A DNA stretch of 64,000 nucleotides from Botryllus schlosseri (lineage: Eukaryota). This document shows, in pieces, positions 1-12,608 of this stretch. Position 1 is the first letter of the stretch. Every line of letters starts with the position of its first letter. Both the position numbers and the translations under genes were made by a program. The stretch is taken from assembly GCA_051294905.1 (NCBI GenBank), contig CM119385.1, forward strand, positions 11,904,001 to 11,968,000. Reading direction: 5' to 3'. Below the pieces are notes generated by a model. The model was given only the letters and a program-made list of their open reading frames with translations, was not told the origin of the DNA and did not search any database.

Positions 1-22
1 GTGTAAACAATATACAACATAC

Positions 23-3000
23 TTATGCAGACATCTTCTTCCGATGGGATATGAAGAGAGTTGAGGTAAGAATCCACAGGGTCTTCTGAGCTGTGTTGTG
101 GTTTCTGAAAATGAATTAAATCCCATGACAAAACAGCCCTCGGAGCAAAATCATGATTCAATCAGAATGGGCAGTAAGAATTACTAACAACAAGACAGGG
201 TAGAGACTTGACAGGTCATGATTCCATTGCTGTGTCATGGTGACAGATAAGTGCCATCGAGACGTGACAAATCCACCAATTCATCTCATAGCTCCTTGAT
301 CACCCTACACTTGCACCGTACCAAGCTCATTCAAGTAACAATAATAGTATCAATTTACTTGTGTGGTCAAATTCCCAGAATGGTGCGCTCCATAAGATTT
401 TATCCATTCCGTCGACAACTGCTTCATTTGTTTCACAAAATATAAAACCGGCCCGCTTGTGAGCTGCGGGTTTTTCCTAAAGCAGAAGATATGGGTTAAC
501 AGCAATATACTGGAAACAACCACACAGGCTTTACATTGTATCAGGCAGTTGTTTCCTGTCTTCCCACATGACCAGCAAGAAGTGCAATATCTCCAGCATG
601 TTAGACAGCTTCCCGGTTTGCAAAACAAACTCCAGCAGGAGATTTATAGCCAGGTGTTGATCCGCGATCGGTATGCTGCCGCTGTTTGGTTTAGAGGCGC
701 CCTGCGACCTCGGCACGAGCTCACTAAAAACGCGGCAAGTCAACAATTGAAATTTTCTGTCGTTTCTTGCATACTCCATATTATAACCCGTGCTCAGAGG
801 TGGTCAGTTACAAAGTACTTGTATTATATGTCACATTTTATCAGTATCATGTGAAACAGCCCTTGTGTCAAGGTAATCGCACGTATTTGCAATGTCGTTT
901 GTCACTTCATTGGTGGCTAATTCCATTATAATTTAGCAAGGGCTGTAATGCATATCCTCAGAATTGTCCAATATATACATATGCTATTATTTTTTGCAGT
1001 CTCAGTAAATAAAAATAGAAGGTAAATTACTAACACTAGGTAATTCACACATTTTATTCTCTACCTCCACCTTCAACGGTTTTGATATGTCTTAAAAATC
1101 GCTACTCCGCTTGTAATTGACTAGAAATTTAGAGCCCTACATCTACTTCTACTTGAGTAGCAAATCTGACAACTTTCATAACCTCTGCCCGGGATGCTGC
1201 CATCTAAAAACTATCATTGTCCATAATTCCGCAAGCAGCACAGGCCTACTGTACGTCCAGGCAAATTTATGCCATAATTCAATACGCAAGGTGCTATACA
1301 TCTATACATCTCTACACATCTACACATCAGTCTACACATCACTCTATACATCTCTACATCTATACATCTATACTACATTCATGTCACTTACCCGAGAGCA
1401 ACAGTTTTTAAGAATTCCTTTGATTTCGCCATCACAGTCAGCCAGGTTTGTGAAATTTGCGTCGTGTCGTACATCGAACCTGGTGGCAACGCCCGGAACG
1501 CATTCAAGGTATCCTGAAATGAAGACAATATAAAGATGCGACTATGGTATATTCAGAAACTCAATATAAAAACATGCATAGCGTACACAGGTGGCAAGCA
1601 AGGAAGTATTTGTACTTTTTCTATTTTTACTCAGATTTTGCCTACTTGCACAATTTACTGAAGTTGTTAGGTTTTTAGATAACTTCTACCTCGGCTTGAC
1701 AGTTTTTTAGGCCAAACTACTTCGTTTTCATATATTGGATTTTGTAAAGTAGGCCTAAATGAGTTGTTTTGGAATGGGTTTGCATCAGTTTTATGACTCA
1801 ATCTGTCATAATCATGTGGGCGAAATAGCATGTGTATTATGGTAACTGAATTTATCTTCAAAAACTCCACCCATTTGCACTACAATTAGTCATTTTGTGG
1901 AAGTTGCAATTCTTTGACCAAACTACCATTTGAAACTAATCACTTCAGTAAATTTGAGACACTCCTTTTCTAGTTCCATTCGTGTAGCTTCAATATATCT
2001 TGGAAATTGACACTTACTTCAACTAACTTACATACTGCTATTCCTACTTGAGAACCAGCCCCGACCAGTTCAAACACCTGGTATAAAGACACAGTGATAG
2101 GCCTTCAGAATAAGGTATGCCATATTTTGTCTCCAATTTGACTGAGTAATATTATCAAACATGTCATTCTCAGAACCGGTCAACTGACATCATACATATG
2201 ACACGAACTACAAACTACTGTCAAAGACTTAGGCCTACATGGTTTGATTAATCCGAATTATGTTTAGATCATCAATCTTAGATCTTCAATTTGAAAAAAT
2301 TCACCAACCTCCAGCAGGTCAGTGCACAGTTCCGAATCCTCGTTGGTTCTCCAAGCCCGTCGAAGAAATGTGAAGGCGAATGACATTGCTACCTTGCTGC
2401 CGACTTGGGCCAGATTGGCAAGAGGAGTTTGGTTTGATCTAGACAGAACAGGCCTATTCAGTAAGACATAGTAAAGAAACCTGGTCAAAGTAATCACCAA
2501 TGTTGGTAGAAGAAGAAGTTCAATCGCTGTGACATTTGATTAAGTATTTATACAAATAAAATTTACCTGAAAAAGAAAACCCCAGAGCATACCGTAGTAG
2601 TATAAAATCCCGAACAAATGGAAAAATTCAACAAATTATAGCAAGACTATAATTGCTACCTATTCAAGTGATCAGAAGTATCTGATGAACAACCGCAGCA
2701 GAATGTCAAGTTTGAAACTAACCGAGTTTGTGGCGGCTCGGGACAATGCTTTTGGCGGCAATCGACCTCGGAACAATCTTCAGATTTCTCTGACGTTTCA
2801 TTCTCCTTCAAATGATCCTGCACCGCTCGGTAATATCTTCTATTGACGAACAGGCCTTTGACGAATGTTTCACGCACGGGTGACTCCAAAAAGTTACAAC
2901 GGTAAGAAATTCGCGACGACTTATAGACCGATGCTTTTTGGAACTTCAAAGACTTTATATCTGAAAATGCGCCAAATGTCAATGCAATTCAACAGTTATA

Positions 3001-6000
3001 GAATAAATTCTGAATTCATATTCACCTCAAGTATTATCATATAAGTGACACAGGTTAAATTCAATTAGAAGAAGGGTTGTAAACCGAGTCACAAGTCAAT
3101 CTCACTTTTATAGTTTTGACTTGAGTCAATACGATTTATTTTCAATTCACCAACGACTCAAGTCCGAGTCCAAGTCAGCTAGTAGAGGTCGAGTCCAGGT
3201 CATAGTGTTTGACTCGAGTCCGAGTCCAAGTCATTATGTTTACTGATCAGCTTTCAGTTCAATGCCGCTCAATTCACTTTTTCGACTCTGCACGAGTGAT
3301 TTAAAATGGCCCGCATTCATAATATAGTGGTTTTCCTCAGTCTTAACAGTTTCATGCCCTATTTCCCAAGTATCAGGACTGATAGACGAAATACCAATAA
3401 CGTGGTAACTTTACTATTTTTCGAAGTTACAATAAAATGTATATATGTCTTGGTCATCGTAGTCTCGAGTCATTTTACGCATTTGAAGAAATGACTCGAG
3501 TCACCAAAAAATCGAGACTCGAATCGAGTCATTACAACCCTGATAAGCAGCCTATCAGGTCGTCTCATCGTTACTACAGACTACAGCCTAGAGATTACTA
3601 GCAATGTCAAGCTTATATTAGTCATACGACTACACTCAAAATCCAAGTTCCCATGATCCAAGTTCCTTGATAGTGCAGACAAAAATATAAACTATCCTCC
3701 TTCGTCTTCATTTATGACGTTCCCAATATCGTCGCGGTGGTATCAAAGTAGCTTATGTCCATTTTTTCAAAGTTCGAGATCCACTTTACAATTGATAGAA
3801 AATCAAGATTTTGGAAAATTTTCCCATTTTTTGGTCCATACCTCGGCCAAATGGCTTTTGTTTGTCACATTGTTTCAAAGTGAACCATGTCCTATTATAT
3901 GGCCGAAAGATTATCAAAACTTTACACAAAGTGAAATTTTTCAAAATGTGTAAAATGGACTGAGGCTAAGCTACTCTTACTCCACTGCGACGATGTGTAG
4001 GCTACTTTTCTCTAGGGTGTATTTATGCCATTTGATGATATGGAGATTGGGTAAACATTCTTTTATATAGGATTCAAATTCAAACTTGAAACTTCTCATT
4101 ATAGTTGATATCTTACCAACAGGAGGACCCCAAAGTCTTTCTGCTTTGTGTATATGTAATGACCGGAATATTCGGTCCCAACGAATGATAGTGTCGTATT
4201 CCCCTTGAATGTCATTGTCGTAATACTTCAGAATATCCCACGCAACGTCGATAGCTTTTGGATCATGCAAATCCTGCAACATAATAATGTGAACACATGA
4301 GGTTTCATTCAATTTCTTATATTATGTTTGTGAAGAGTATTAGACTAGAGCTGAGTCATAAAATATGAAATGCTTCTTGGAGGTACAGAACTTCAATATA
4401 CAATTGAATAGTATATTCATATTGAAATGAACCCGAATATTTTCGGCTGACACTCGTCAGGGGTAATCGTCAGCAACTAGTAGAGAATTGGAAAGAACAT
4501 TGTATATCAACAATCGTATCACAAAATATGACGTCACCAGCATGAGAGAGAGAGCGTTCAATGTACTATTTTTAGGTGGTACACGAACTCCTTTTGTTGA
4601 CAGAGTTTTGGTTGGTGTATTTTGATAAAAGTCGACTCCAAGGCACACAAATGGAATTTGTGCCTATTTTTAGGTGGTACACGAACTCCTTTTGTTGACA
4701 GAGTTTTGGTTGGTGTATTTTGATAAAAGTCGACTCCAAGGCACACAAATGGAATTTGTGCCTATTTTTAGGTGGTACACGAACTCCTTTAGTTGACAGA
4801 GTTTTGGTTGGTGTATTTTGATAAAAGTCGTCTCCTAGGCACACAAATTCCACCAAAACCCTGTCAACAAAAGGAGTTCGTGTACCACCTAAAAATAGTA
4901 CATTGAATGCTCTCTCTCTCATGCTGGTGACGTCATATTTTGTGATACGATTGTTGATATACAATGTTCTTTCCAATTCTCTACTAGTTAATGACGATTA
5001 CCCCTGACGAGGGTCAGTCGAAAATATTCGGGTTCATTTCAATGTAAATATACTATTCAAAAATATGAAATCATCACTTATATCAGTTACATGCAGCACA
5101 CTGTGAGGTTTGAATGAAAATGACAATTATGAAACAAAGAGAGAGAGAGAAAGGAAGAGTATGGCTTATTAATCATCGTTCATATATAGGCATAAATTTT
5201 ATTTACATTTACTGTATGTCTGTATCGTCCTTTGCAGTTTGCAGTAGGCCTATACCCATCATTGTAGCCTACTATGTTCTCTCTCAATCATTTTGTGTCT
5301 TGTAAAATTTTGTTCAATATATGTCTTATTTCCGGTGATAAAATTAACTCTCTCTCTCTCTCTCTCTCTCTCTCATGCAGTTATCCAATATTGATTAACG
5401 CTATCCTATCGTGACACTGCTATAACTATAAAACTTACCAAAACATTTTGTCCTATCCAGATTTTATTTCTTCCTTTCAACGGCGTCAAAATCATTTCTT
5501 CGCCGGCCATGACTTTTTCTTTTCAGTCAGCAGTTCTAACTGGGCGTGGGGTATTCCATATCATTTATACTTTTGCTATAGCTGTAGTAAATCTTCACAG
5601 CCGTCGACAGAGTTTACAGCAAAACCTTGATAGCAATCACTATTTTGATCCTGCGAAAACAGCTTATTGATGCATAACCATCACCATCACTGAGCTCTAT
5701 GAACCATAGATCTAGGTGTAGATTAGGTACGTAGCCAGCAAACTTCATCAACATCATGGTATTAAAATTTTAATCAAATCGATACTTCACAAAATTTCGA
5801 CATAATGAAATGATTGGGTGTGCCGGAAGGACTTGTAGTGGTCTTTTAATCAGGCACCCACCTTACGTGTATCCTTCCTGACTGCTTTCTCAATTTTGTA
5901 CTCAATGAATATTGAACAACCAGTGATATAGTATGTATGTCATTGATGAACAACGAATGACTGATGAGAACAGGAGTACCATGAGATGGGCAATAGATAT

Positions 6001-6240
6001 GTCTTTACGGTTTGATACAATATGGAGGTCCAAGTAGTCAGCATTGCTACTCAAATAGAAGTAATACGGCAAAATTTCTGCTCAAACATACTGGTTGCGA
6101 CTGTGACTTCCAAGACATGTCAGTTTAGTAAAAAGTGAGATGTCTGGAAGTAATCAAGTATAGTTTTAAAACGTAAAAATTTGCACCTGATGAAGAAGCG
6201 GCTCTCTGAAAGCCCGTGCAACGACTAAATTCATGTTCAT
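23..6240 (-). CDS. HERC2: E3 ubiquitin ligase HERC2, 5' part (continues beyond the left edge). Exons: 6187-6240 (tentative first), 4117-4273, 2723-2960, 2309-2438, 1392-1513, 535-723, 359-476, 23-104
   Basis: The joined exons keep frame with GT-AG boundaries. They translate to peptides matching the recalled HERC2 N-terminus: LWGPPVDIKSLK (human VWGKQPDVNELK), LAQVGSKVAMSFAFTFLRRAWRTNEDSELCTDLLE (human [35 protein letters not shown]), DTLNAFRALPPGSMYD, SIPIADQHLAINLLLEFVLQTGKLSNML. The start exon is uncertain; an alternative upstream ATG exon lies near 6345-6390. Confidence 0.9.
1297..1378. repeat. Degenerate short tandem repeat (TACATC-like units) in a HERC2 intron
   Basis: tatacatc/tctacacatc units are repeated about 10 times. 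Confidence 0.7.
3072..3542. mobile_element. hAT-type MITE, GACTCGAGTC-rich family (copy 1)
   Basis: Termini (c/a)agggttgtaa...ttacaaccctg; internal gactcgagtc repeats; degenerate 8-bp flanks attagaag/ataagcag. Confidence 0.75.
4373..5060. mobile_element. Fold-back (palindromic) non-autonomous element with an internal 98-bp tandem repeat (~2.9 copies)
   Basis: The left arm (~4408-4600) is the reverse complement of the right arm (~4850-5060). The 98-bp unit starts at 4566, 4664 and 4762. Confidence 0.85.
5348..5374. repeat. (CT)n microsatellite
   Basis: Direct reading. Confidence 0.9.
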
Positions 6241-6943
6241 TTGTTAGTGGACATTAAATAAGACGTGAAAGCTACCAATGCCTCACCTTCATACTTTTTG
6301 TCGTCAATTGAATTGGGGCTACTTCTAAAATCAAAAGACACTTATGGTGACGAAGGGAGTGTTTTGCACGGTTCTCGCGGCAGTCATACTCGCAAAAGTA
6401 ATGCAAACAAAACTATATCCAACGCCAAAGAAGAAAGCCAGGAGTATGCGCAGTCAAATATCTTATTCGAGAGAAGTATTAGAACTACTTCGTCGCTGAC
6501 CTCTAATCCAAATAGCATACTCCTGAACGCCTAGCGACATCAAGCAGTTCTCAAACATTCGGCTCGCTCGTAAGGTTTCGCAGTCCCAACTCCGCCATTA
6601 TACTACACGTGCTTGAAGCCGACATGCTCTCCGAGGCAGGGAAAACAGCAAACAGTCGAACATCAGTAATCACATTGAATGAAACTGGAACGAATTGGTA
6701 CGAAAATTACAAGTCGTGCTACTTCTTCCTACATTTTCACTCAACAGATCTTGTTTTGACTCGATGAAATTTTATCTATACTGAACTGATAGCAAACTAA
6801 GAATTCAGAAGGACTATCAGCACAAACAGGTTTATCGGTGATTCAAGGTAGTACAGTAATCATCAGATAGGCACTGCAAATCAATAGGAAATTGCCAATA
6901 AAATAAAATCGTCAATTGCACAGCATATAAATTATTTTGCAAT

Positions 6944-8983
6944 TCAAGGCTCGTAAGGAGGAAGCCCAAAATCTTCTGGCACAAATTCCAAAAGCGATTT
7001 CAGCACAACAGTGGCATCCTTGCGCATCTCCTCAGGCACATGCGGATCCGGAACCATAACAACTTGCATACCAGCTTGTATCCCCGATATCACACCGTTT
7101 GGCGCATCCTCAATAACAAGAACCTGTTCAATGACACTGACACGTGAACATTTTTCAATAGCGCACAAAAATGGTGAGACCTTACAGATTCTGGCGAGGG
7201 TGGTGGGTTGAACCTGCTGTTGGCAACCAAGTAAGCGTCTGGGTGCGGTTTGCCATTTTTCACTTCAGGATCATCCCCGCATAATGTAATGTGTGGAAAG
7301 AGGCTGAAGAACTCCTTGTGGTGGGTTGACTTCATTTCAAAACCATACTTTGATGACCCTGGAAATGAACAAAAAATCATTTTGAATTCAAGCAAGCAGC
7401 ATAGTCTTAGAGGCTGGGCAAAATCGAGTAGCTGGTCGCAGGATTGTAATGACTCGAGTCACGATTTTCTAGTGACTCCAGTTGACTCGAGTCATTTTCT
7501 CAAAATACTGAAATGACTCGAGACTCAGACGGCCAAGACCGAAATTTCATGGAAATTTCCAAGAATAGTTAAGTAACCACACTATTGGGATTTCATTTAT
7601 TGATACTGGTACTTGAAAATGCGACCAGAAACTGAAAAGGAAACTTAGTATATTTGAAACGCGAACCATTCGATATCACCAAACAGAGTTATAAAAAGCG
7701 GATCTGCCAAGACTTTTATTGGAAACTGAGCAGTCAACACAATGACTTGGACTCGGACTCGACTCATAATACCATGACTCGGACTCGACCCTCTGCTCGC
7801 TGACTCGGCGGTGAATTGAAAATGATTCGACTTGACTTGAGTCAAAACTATAAAAATGAGATTGACTTGTGACTGGGAGCCTTGTGACTTGGTTGCAACC
7901 CTGCCTGGTCGATCCGATTTCGAGTCTTGTATTATAGTACCTATTTGGATGCCACACTAGTAAAGATGATATAAAATGTACAAGTAGGTTTCTTTATTGT
8001 CGCCACAACGTAACTATTTCCAGTTACATATCATTTATAATACTTGTCCATGGCTATTTGATAGCACTTTGCAACTCTAATTGGTTGTTCCTAGCCGTAC
8101 TCAGCAGTTGAAGGATCATCAATTCCAGAATCTATTAATACTAGAGTGGCAATGCACAAAACGTATGACTGGCACCTTTCGTGCCACTTATTTCCATTGC
8201 TCTTATTCGATATTCCTCACATCATATGACAACATCTGTGATATCAGTGTTTTACCGAATAATCATAATTACCCATATGGAACATTTTCTTGAGTAATCT
8301 ATGATTTAGCATGACAATCGCCATCGATGAGCCCCACCATGCTTCAAGCGAACGTATCGTTCATGTAGGAACGCATTATTAACTTGTAAATATTCCATTA
8401 TTTAGTCAGGGCTTCACCATTTCAACAATAAAATATCACTGCCTCAGGGCAGGTAGGCTATTGCAAATGTAGAATACTCGAGCCTGGATCACATAGACAA
8501 AATGAACATAAAACTCACCAGAACAGATAGCGATTGGAACATTCTTTTTCTTTAGATGTCTCACCAACCTCTCGACACCTGTAATTCTGAACACGTATCA
8601 ACCCATCAACAACAGAGGTTACCCACGCGCAGTATTCAAGTACCAGGCAACAATACAGCGGAAGGAAACAGTTTCTCCATTTCACTCTTCGTTCTTTCAA
8701 TCCATTCCTCCGGAGATATTGGCAATTCCAATTCCTTTATCAGCTGCTCAGCAGCATCCAGTGGCTTTTTCCCCATCAATCGTAGTTTAAGTTCCCATTT
8801 ATATTTTTTGCCATATTCAGCACATACATCACCATACACTTTGCTGTAGAGATCCTCCGTATCTAAAATTATTACCACACATGACCCGACAATCTCTATA
8901 AGGAGTTCAAATCATTTCATACTCAGGATCACGCCGTCCATGTCAAATATAACGTGTGTAACCGGTTTCAAAGTCTTAGTCAT
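6944..8983 (-). CDS. PUDP: Pseudouridine-5'-phosphatase (HAD family, HDHD1/PUDP), 230 aa. Exons: 8923-8983, 8644-8862, 8519-8578, 7186-7358, 6944-7123
   Basis: HAD motifs VTHVIFDMDG, GKPHPD and IEDAPNG are present. All four introns are GT-AG and in frame. The total of 693 nt is close to the human length. Confidence 0.93.
7439..7903. mobile_element. hAT-type MITE, GACTCGAGTC-rich family (copy 2), in PUDP intron 3
   Basis: TIRs caggattgtaatgac / gttgcaaccctg; 8-bp TSD gctggtcg/cctggtcg. Confidence 0.85.
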
Positions 8984-10412
8984 TTTGAAATATTCTTCGT
9001 ATGATCTGTTCTATTAAAAAGAATATGTCAATAATTGTTGACTAAAATACTGCATACAACTACTATTCCGTGCCAGGAAATCCATCTTCGAAACAGCGTG
9101 AGGATTAAATGTTAATACGAGAACATCAACTACAAATAGCAGTTGGTATATATTGTAATCAAACCCACCACAGAATGCAAATCATGTCAACATATCGGAT
9201 AAGAAATGGATGCGGACAATTTTACATATATGAGCCATAGGCTATTTTGAGAAAATGTTGGCCCGTTTAAATGCAAATACAACACGCCAAACAGAGGTTT
9301 GAAACTTGAAATTGTTGAGAATCCGAAGTGCAATGTTCAGTTCACTTGATTCAAGATCAAGACACTCTACGTCTAAGTTCAAAAGCAAATACATGAACAG
9401 TAGGCCAGCCTATATTAGTACAGTCCAATACCATTTAAATGTCAGGTGTGCGTTTTTTAATATGCGTGATGGCAATGGCTACATCATGAGCAAAATGAAA
9501 TTACTGCATTTTGCAATACAGATATTTTGATGTCCTAATTGGGGTGTAAAATGAAGATCTACGATCTTTCACATGTGCAAATTACCAGCAATTCTCAGTA
9601 ATGTAGATGTTAATCCCTGGATTTCATTGGCAGTCGGAGAGAGAATTGCACTCTTCAATATGTTGTTATCAGAGTCAATTTGAGCGGGAGTTCCAATTTT
9701 ATTAAAGAATGAGTCCCGAGTACAATAATTTCATGAGTATTTATACGGCTCTCTCGCCCTGATTGTAGGATATGCTAATATAAATAGGAGTTGAACGCTA
9801 AAGAAATGAACACAATGCATGGACGCAAATTAGGTACATCCATGCAATTCGCTTACATCCCACACAAACCATTTACAGAAATAGATATGTAGTAGGCTTA
9901 CTACGTATAGGTTGTATAATCTTCAAATAATAAGTCAAAATCATATCTACATTTTAAATATATATATTTTACACACAACACCGCATAATGCAAAATATTC
10001 AACTGCAGACATATATACCGCTACCGGATTGAACAAGCTCGACAATACTCAAGCCCTTGAATGAGCTGAATCAATAACTGCTCCTAATCGAGTACCGTAA
10101 TAGAATTTACAAGACCACAGGTAGCCTACATATACTTCTCAAGAAGCAATATCAAGGAGCAATCTGCAGAAGAATCCACAAACAAGCTACAGTAAATCTA
10201 TGCATTGTGGCACAGTGAATAAAAACAAATCTACAAGATATTAGAAACTGCGATTCTAAAACTGCATGGAGAATACAGATGAATATAATACTTATTAAAC
10301 ATGAGCCAATAGAACCAAACGGGTGGGCTTCTGATCAAATTTGTTGTGGATTGCACGTGTCATCAGTCACTTTTATGTGTATAAAGCTGCTACTGGCACC
10401 GTTACCAATATC

Positions 10413-12131
10413 TCATTCTCCCCAAAACCATTTCTGTGCTCCCTTGTCTTTATCGCAGTCTCTTATCACTACAATGGCAGCACCTCCGTCCACTTTTCCT
10501 TCAAGGCATTTATTCGTGCCTGGATTACGCAATACTTCATCTTTGAGAACCCAAACCTGTGATGCCGGTACATCTCTATTGTCATTCGTGCAGTCGACCA
10601 TCGTCAAACCATCTTCCGCATGCACTGTAGCCATACACATCTCCTTCTCCGAATTGAATCTGACCTCGTTACGGGAAGTGAACTCAAAGAATTGATTGCC
10701 GCCTTGTCCATGACAACCGTACATCGCTACTTTACCGCCTGTCGGATTGTTAGGGGGAGGCGCATAATCCAAACAATATGAAGTATACCCTCTATTATGT
10801 AAAGAACCGTAAAACCCAGGTCTGTCTTCTGGAACGTGCAGATCCGGATATATATTATCTAGATACCATTTGAAAGATTTACAATCGAGTCGTTCTCGTA
10901 GAGCCTTGCGGTCCGACACATCACCGTAGTCTTCATGCTTGGCGGGTGGGTTTCTGATGTAAAAATGCCGCTTGTAATCGTCCATCCACACCTCGGCCGC
11001 TCTCAACGTGTTGGGCACAAATTTGGGGCGAGGATACGGCGCCTGCTTGGGGAAGACATGCCCCACATGCGAACACGGGATGGTTTCCAAGACTCCGCCG
11101 CACATCCAAACTCGGAATGATAACTCCAAGTTCTCCCCACCCCATATCTCCATTCCTGTGTCGTAAGTACCGATGTAGGAGAAATACGCCTTGCTTACCG
11201 CGAACAGACCGCCAGCCATAGTCGGAGAACGGATTGGATCTGCGATAGATTTTCGCCGTTTCCTTTCTTCATACGGAATCGAATGCCATTGGAACGTCAA
11301 GCGCCAATCAAACCCTCCGATTTGTGGTTCGTTACCACCAAAATAATACTCAAAAGTATCGTAATCGATAGTGTCAATAACAGGCACTACTACCGCTGAT
11401 TCCTCCTGCATTACCCTCTCAAGCAAAGGCTCCAACCACCCCTCCATACACTCGCAATGGCAATCGAGAAAAGTCAACACATCGCCTGTCGCGTGAGACG
11501 CTCCCAACAGCCTGGCGCGCACCAACCCCTCGCGTTTCACAGTACGTATGAGCCGCACGCGAGGCACATCCTTCAAGTATTTTTCCAGAGGTTCCTTCAA
11601 ATGAGGCTTGTCGCTGAAATCGTCGACTAGTATGATCTCTCGTAGCAATCCAGCGGGCGACGTGTGCAAAACGCTGAATATGGTTCTGATGAGAGTAGAC
11701 CAGCCTTCGTTGTAGAAAGCAATCACAACGGAGGTCGTTGGCATTCTGCGGTAATCGAACGGCGCGCGGTGTTTGCACAAATCGTGTCTTTTGTCTTTAA
11801 TCGCGCGGTGCAGTGAAATCCTCTCGCTGATGTACTGGTTAACGGCGTAAGTCTGTATGCTTTCATCCTGTTTCTCTTTCTCGTCGGGATCGAGCAAACG
11901 AGCAGCTTCACCTCCTTGCCCTAGCTGGAGCGGATCGTTTTTAGGCCTGTCCAAAACTGGCTTCTGCATTTCTTTGTAGATACCGTCAATTACCACAGAG
12001 TCCAACCCCTTTTCGATATACACTCCGTCATTGGACACAGCGTTAATATAAATGAAATACAGAATAGTTCCAACGACAGCAGCCACCAAGAATCGCCTTC
12101 TCTTAGGAACCTTCCAATTGAGAGTTTTCAT
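10413..12131 (-). CDS. GALNT4: Polypeptide N-acetylgalactosaminyltransferase, GALNT4/12 clade, 572 aa, intronless CDS
   Basis: Has an N-terminal TM anchor, the GT27 motifs TFLDCHCE and WGGENLELS, and a C-terminal ricin lectin domain (GCHGQGGNQFF). Long stretches are nearly identical to recalled human GALNT4. The paralog call (GALNT4 vs GALNT12) is not certain. Confidence 0.9.
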   Translation of the reverse strand: MKTLNWKVPKRRRFLVAAVVGTILYFIYINAVSNDGVYIEKGLDSVVIDGIYKEMQKPVLDRPKNDPLQLGQGGEAARLLDPDEKEKQDESIQTYAVNQYISERISLHRAIKDKRHDLCKHRAPFDYRRMPTTSVVIAFYNEGWSTLIRTIFSVLHTSPAGLLREIILVDDFSDKPHLKEPLEKYLKDVPRVRLIRTVKREGLVRARLLGASHATGDVLTFLDCHCECMEGWLEPLLERVMQEESAVVVPVIDTIDYDTFEYYFGGNEPQIGGFDWRLTFQWHSIPYEERKRRKSIADPIRSPTMAGGLFAVSKAYFSYIGTYDTGMEIWGGENLELSFRVWMCGGVLETIPCSHVGHVFPKQAPYPRPKFVPNTLRAAEVWMDDYKRHFYIRNPPAKHEDYGDVSDRKALRERLDCKSFKWYLDNIYPDLHVPEDRPGFYGSLHNRGYTSYCLDYAPPPNNPTGGKVAMYGCHGQGGNQFFEFTSRNEVRFNSEKEMCMATVHAEDGLTMVDCTNDNRDVPASQVWVLKDEVLRNPGTNKCLEGKVDGGAAIVVIRDCDKDKGAQKWFWGE

Positions 12132-12608
12132 TCTTTACACTTCAAGGCCTATGCTACCGCTCTCAAGCATATACACAGGACCAACACTGCTTAGTATTAA
12201 GTAGTATCTTCAAAAACAAAAATAAAGTAAACAATAGTAATGCGTGCCGATCCAGTCTGCAGTGATAGCAACGCGAGCAGTACAAATATTGAAAATTTCT
12301 ATGGCACACCATATGCACTGCCATCATGATTGTAGGAATGATTTTGCAACTATACTATTTTAGGGTGTTGCCGGAAAATACGCACATTTGCGGAGTGCAT
12401 ACGTTACAGAAGAAATGGCAGTGACAATTTGACTACGAAACAAAAAGAGACAGCATAACAGTAGGATTTTGGAGATTTTGAACAAGAAATTGTGTCAATA
12501 GAACTCGTACAAAACAACAATTGGACAATAACATGGAAAAATAACACAGAACAGGGACACCACAACGTCGCAAGTCAAAGACAACACAAAATAATGACGC
12601 GAAGACGA

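Noticed and set aside
4566-4847. Regularly spaced repeats that could suggest a CRISPR array
   Set aside because: The units are contiguous with no unique spacers, the context is eukaryotic and no cas genes are present.
4457-4976. Repetitive ORFs (MCLGVDFYQNTPTK...)
   Set aside because: They are by-products of the 98-bp tandem repeat in the fold-back element.
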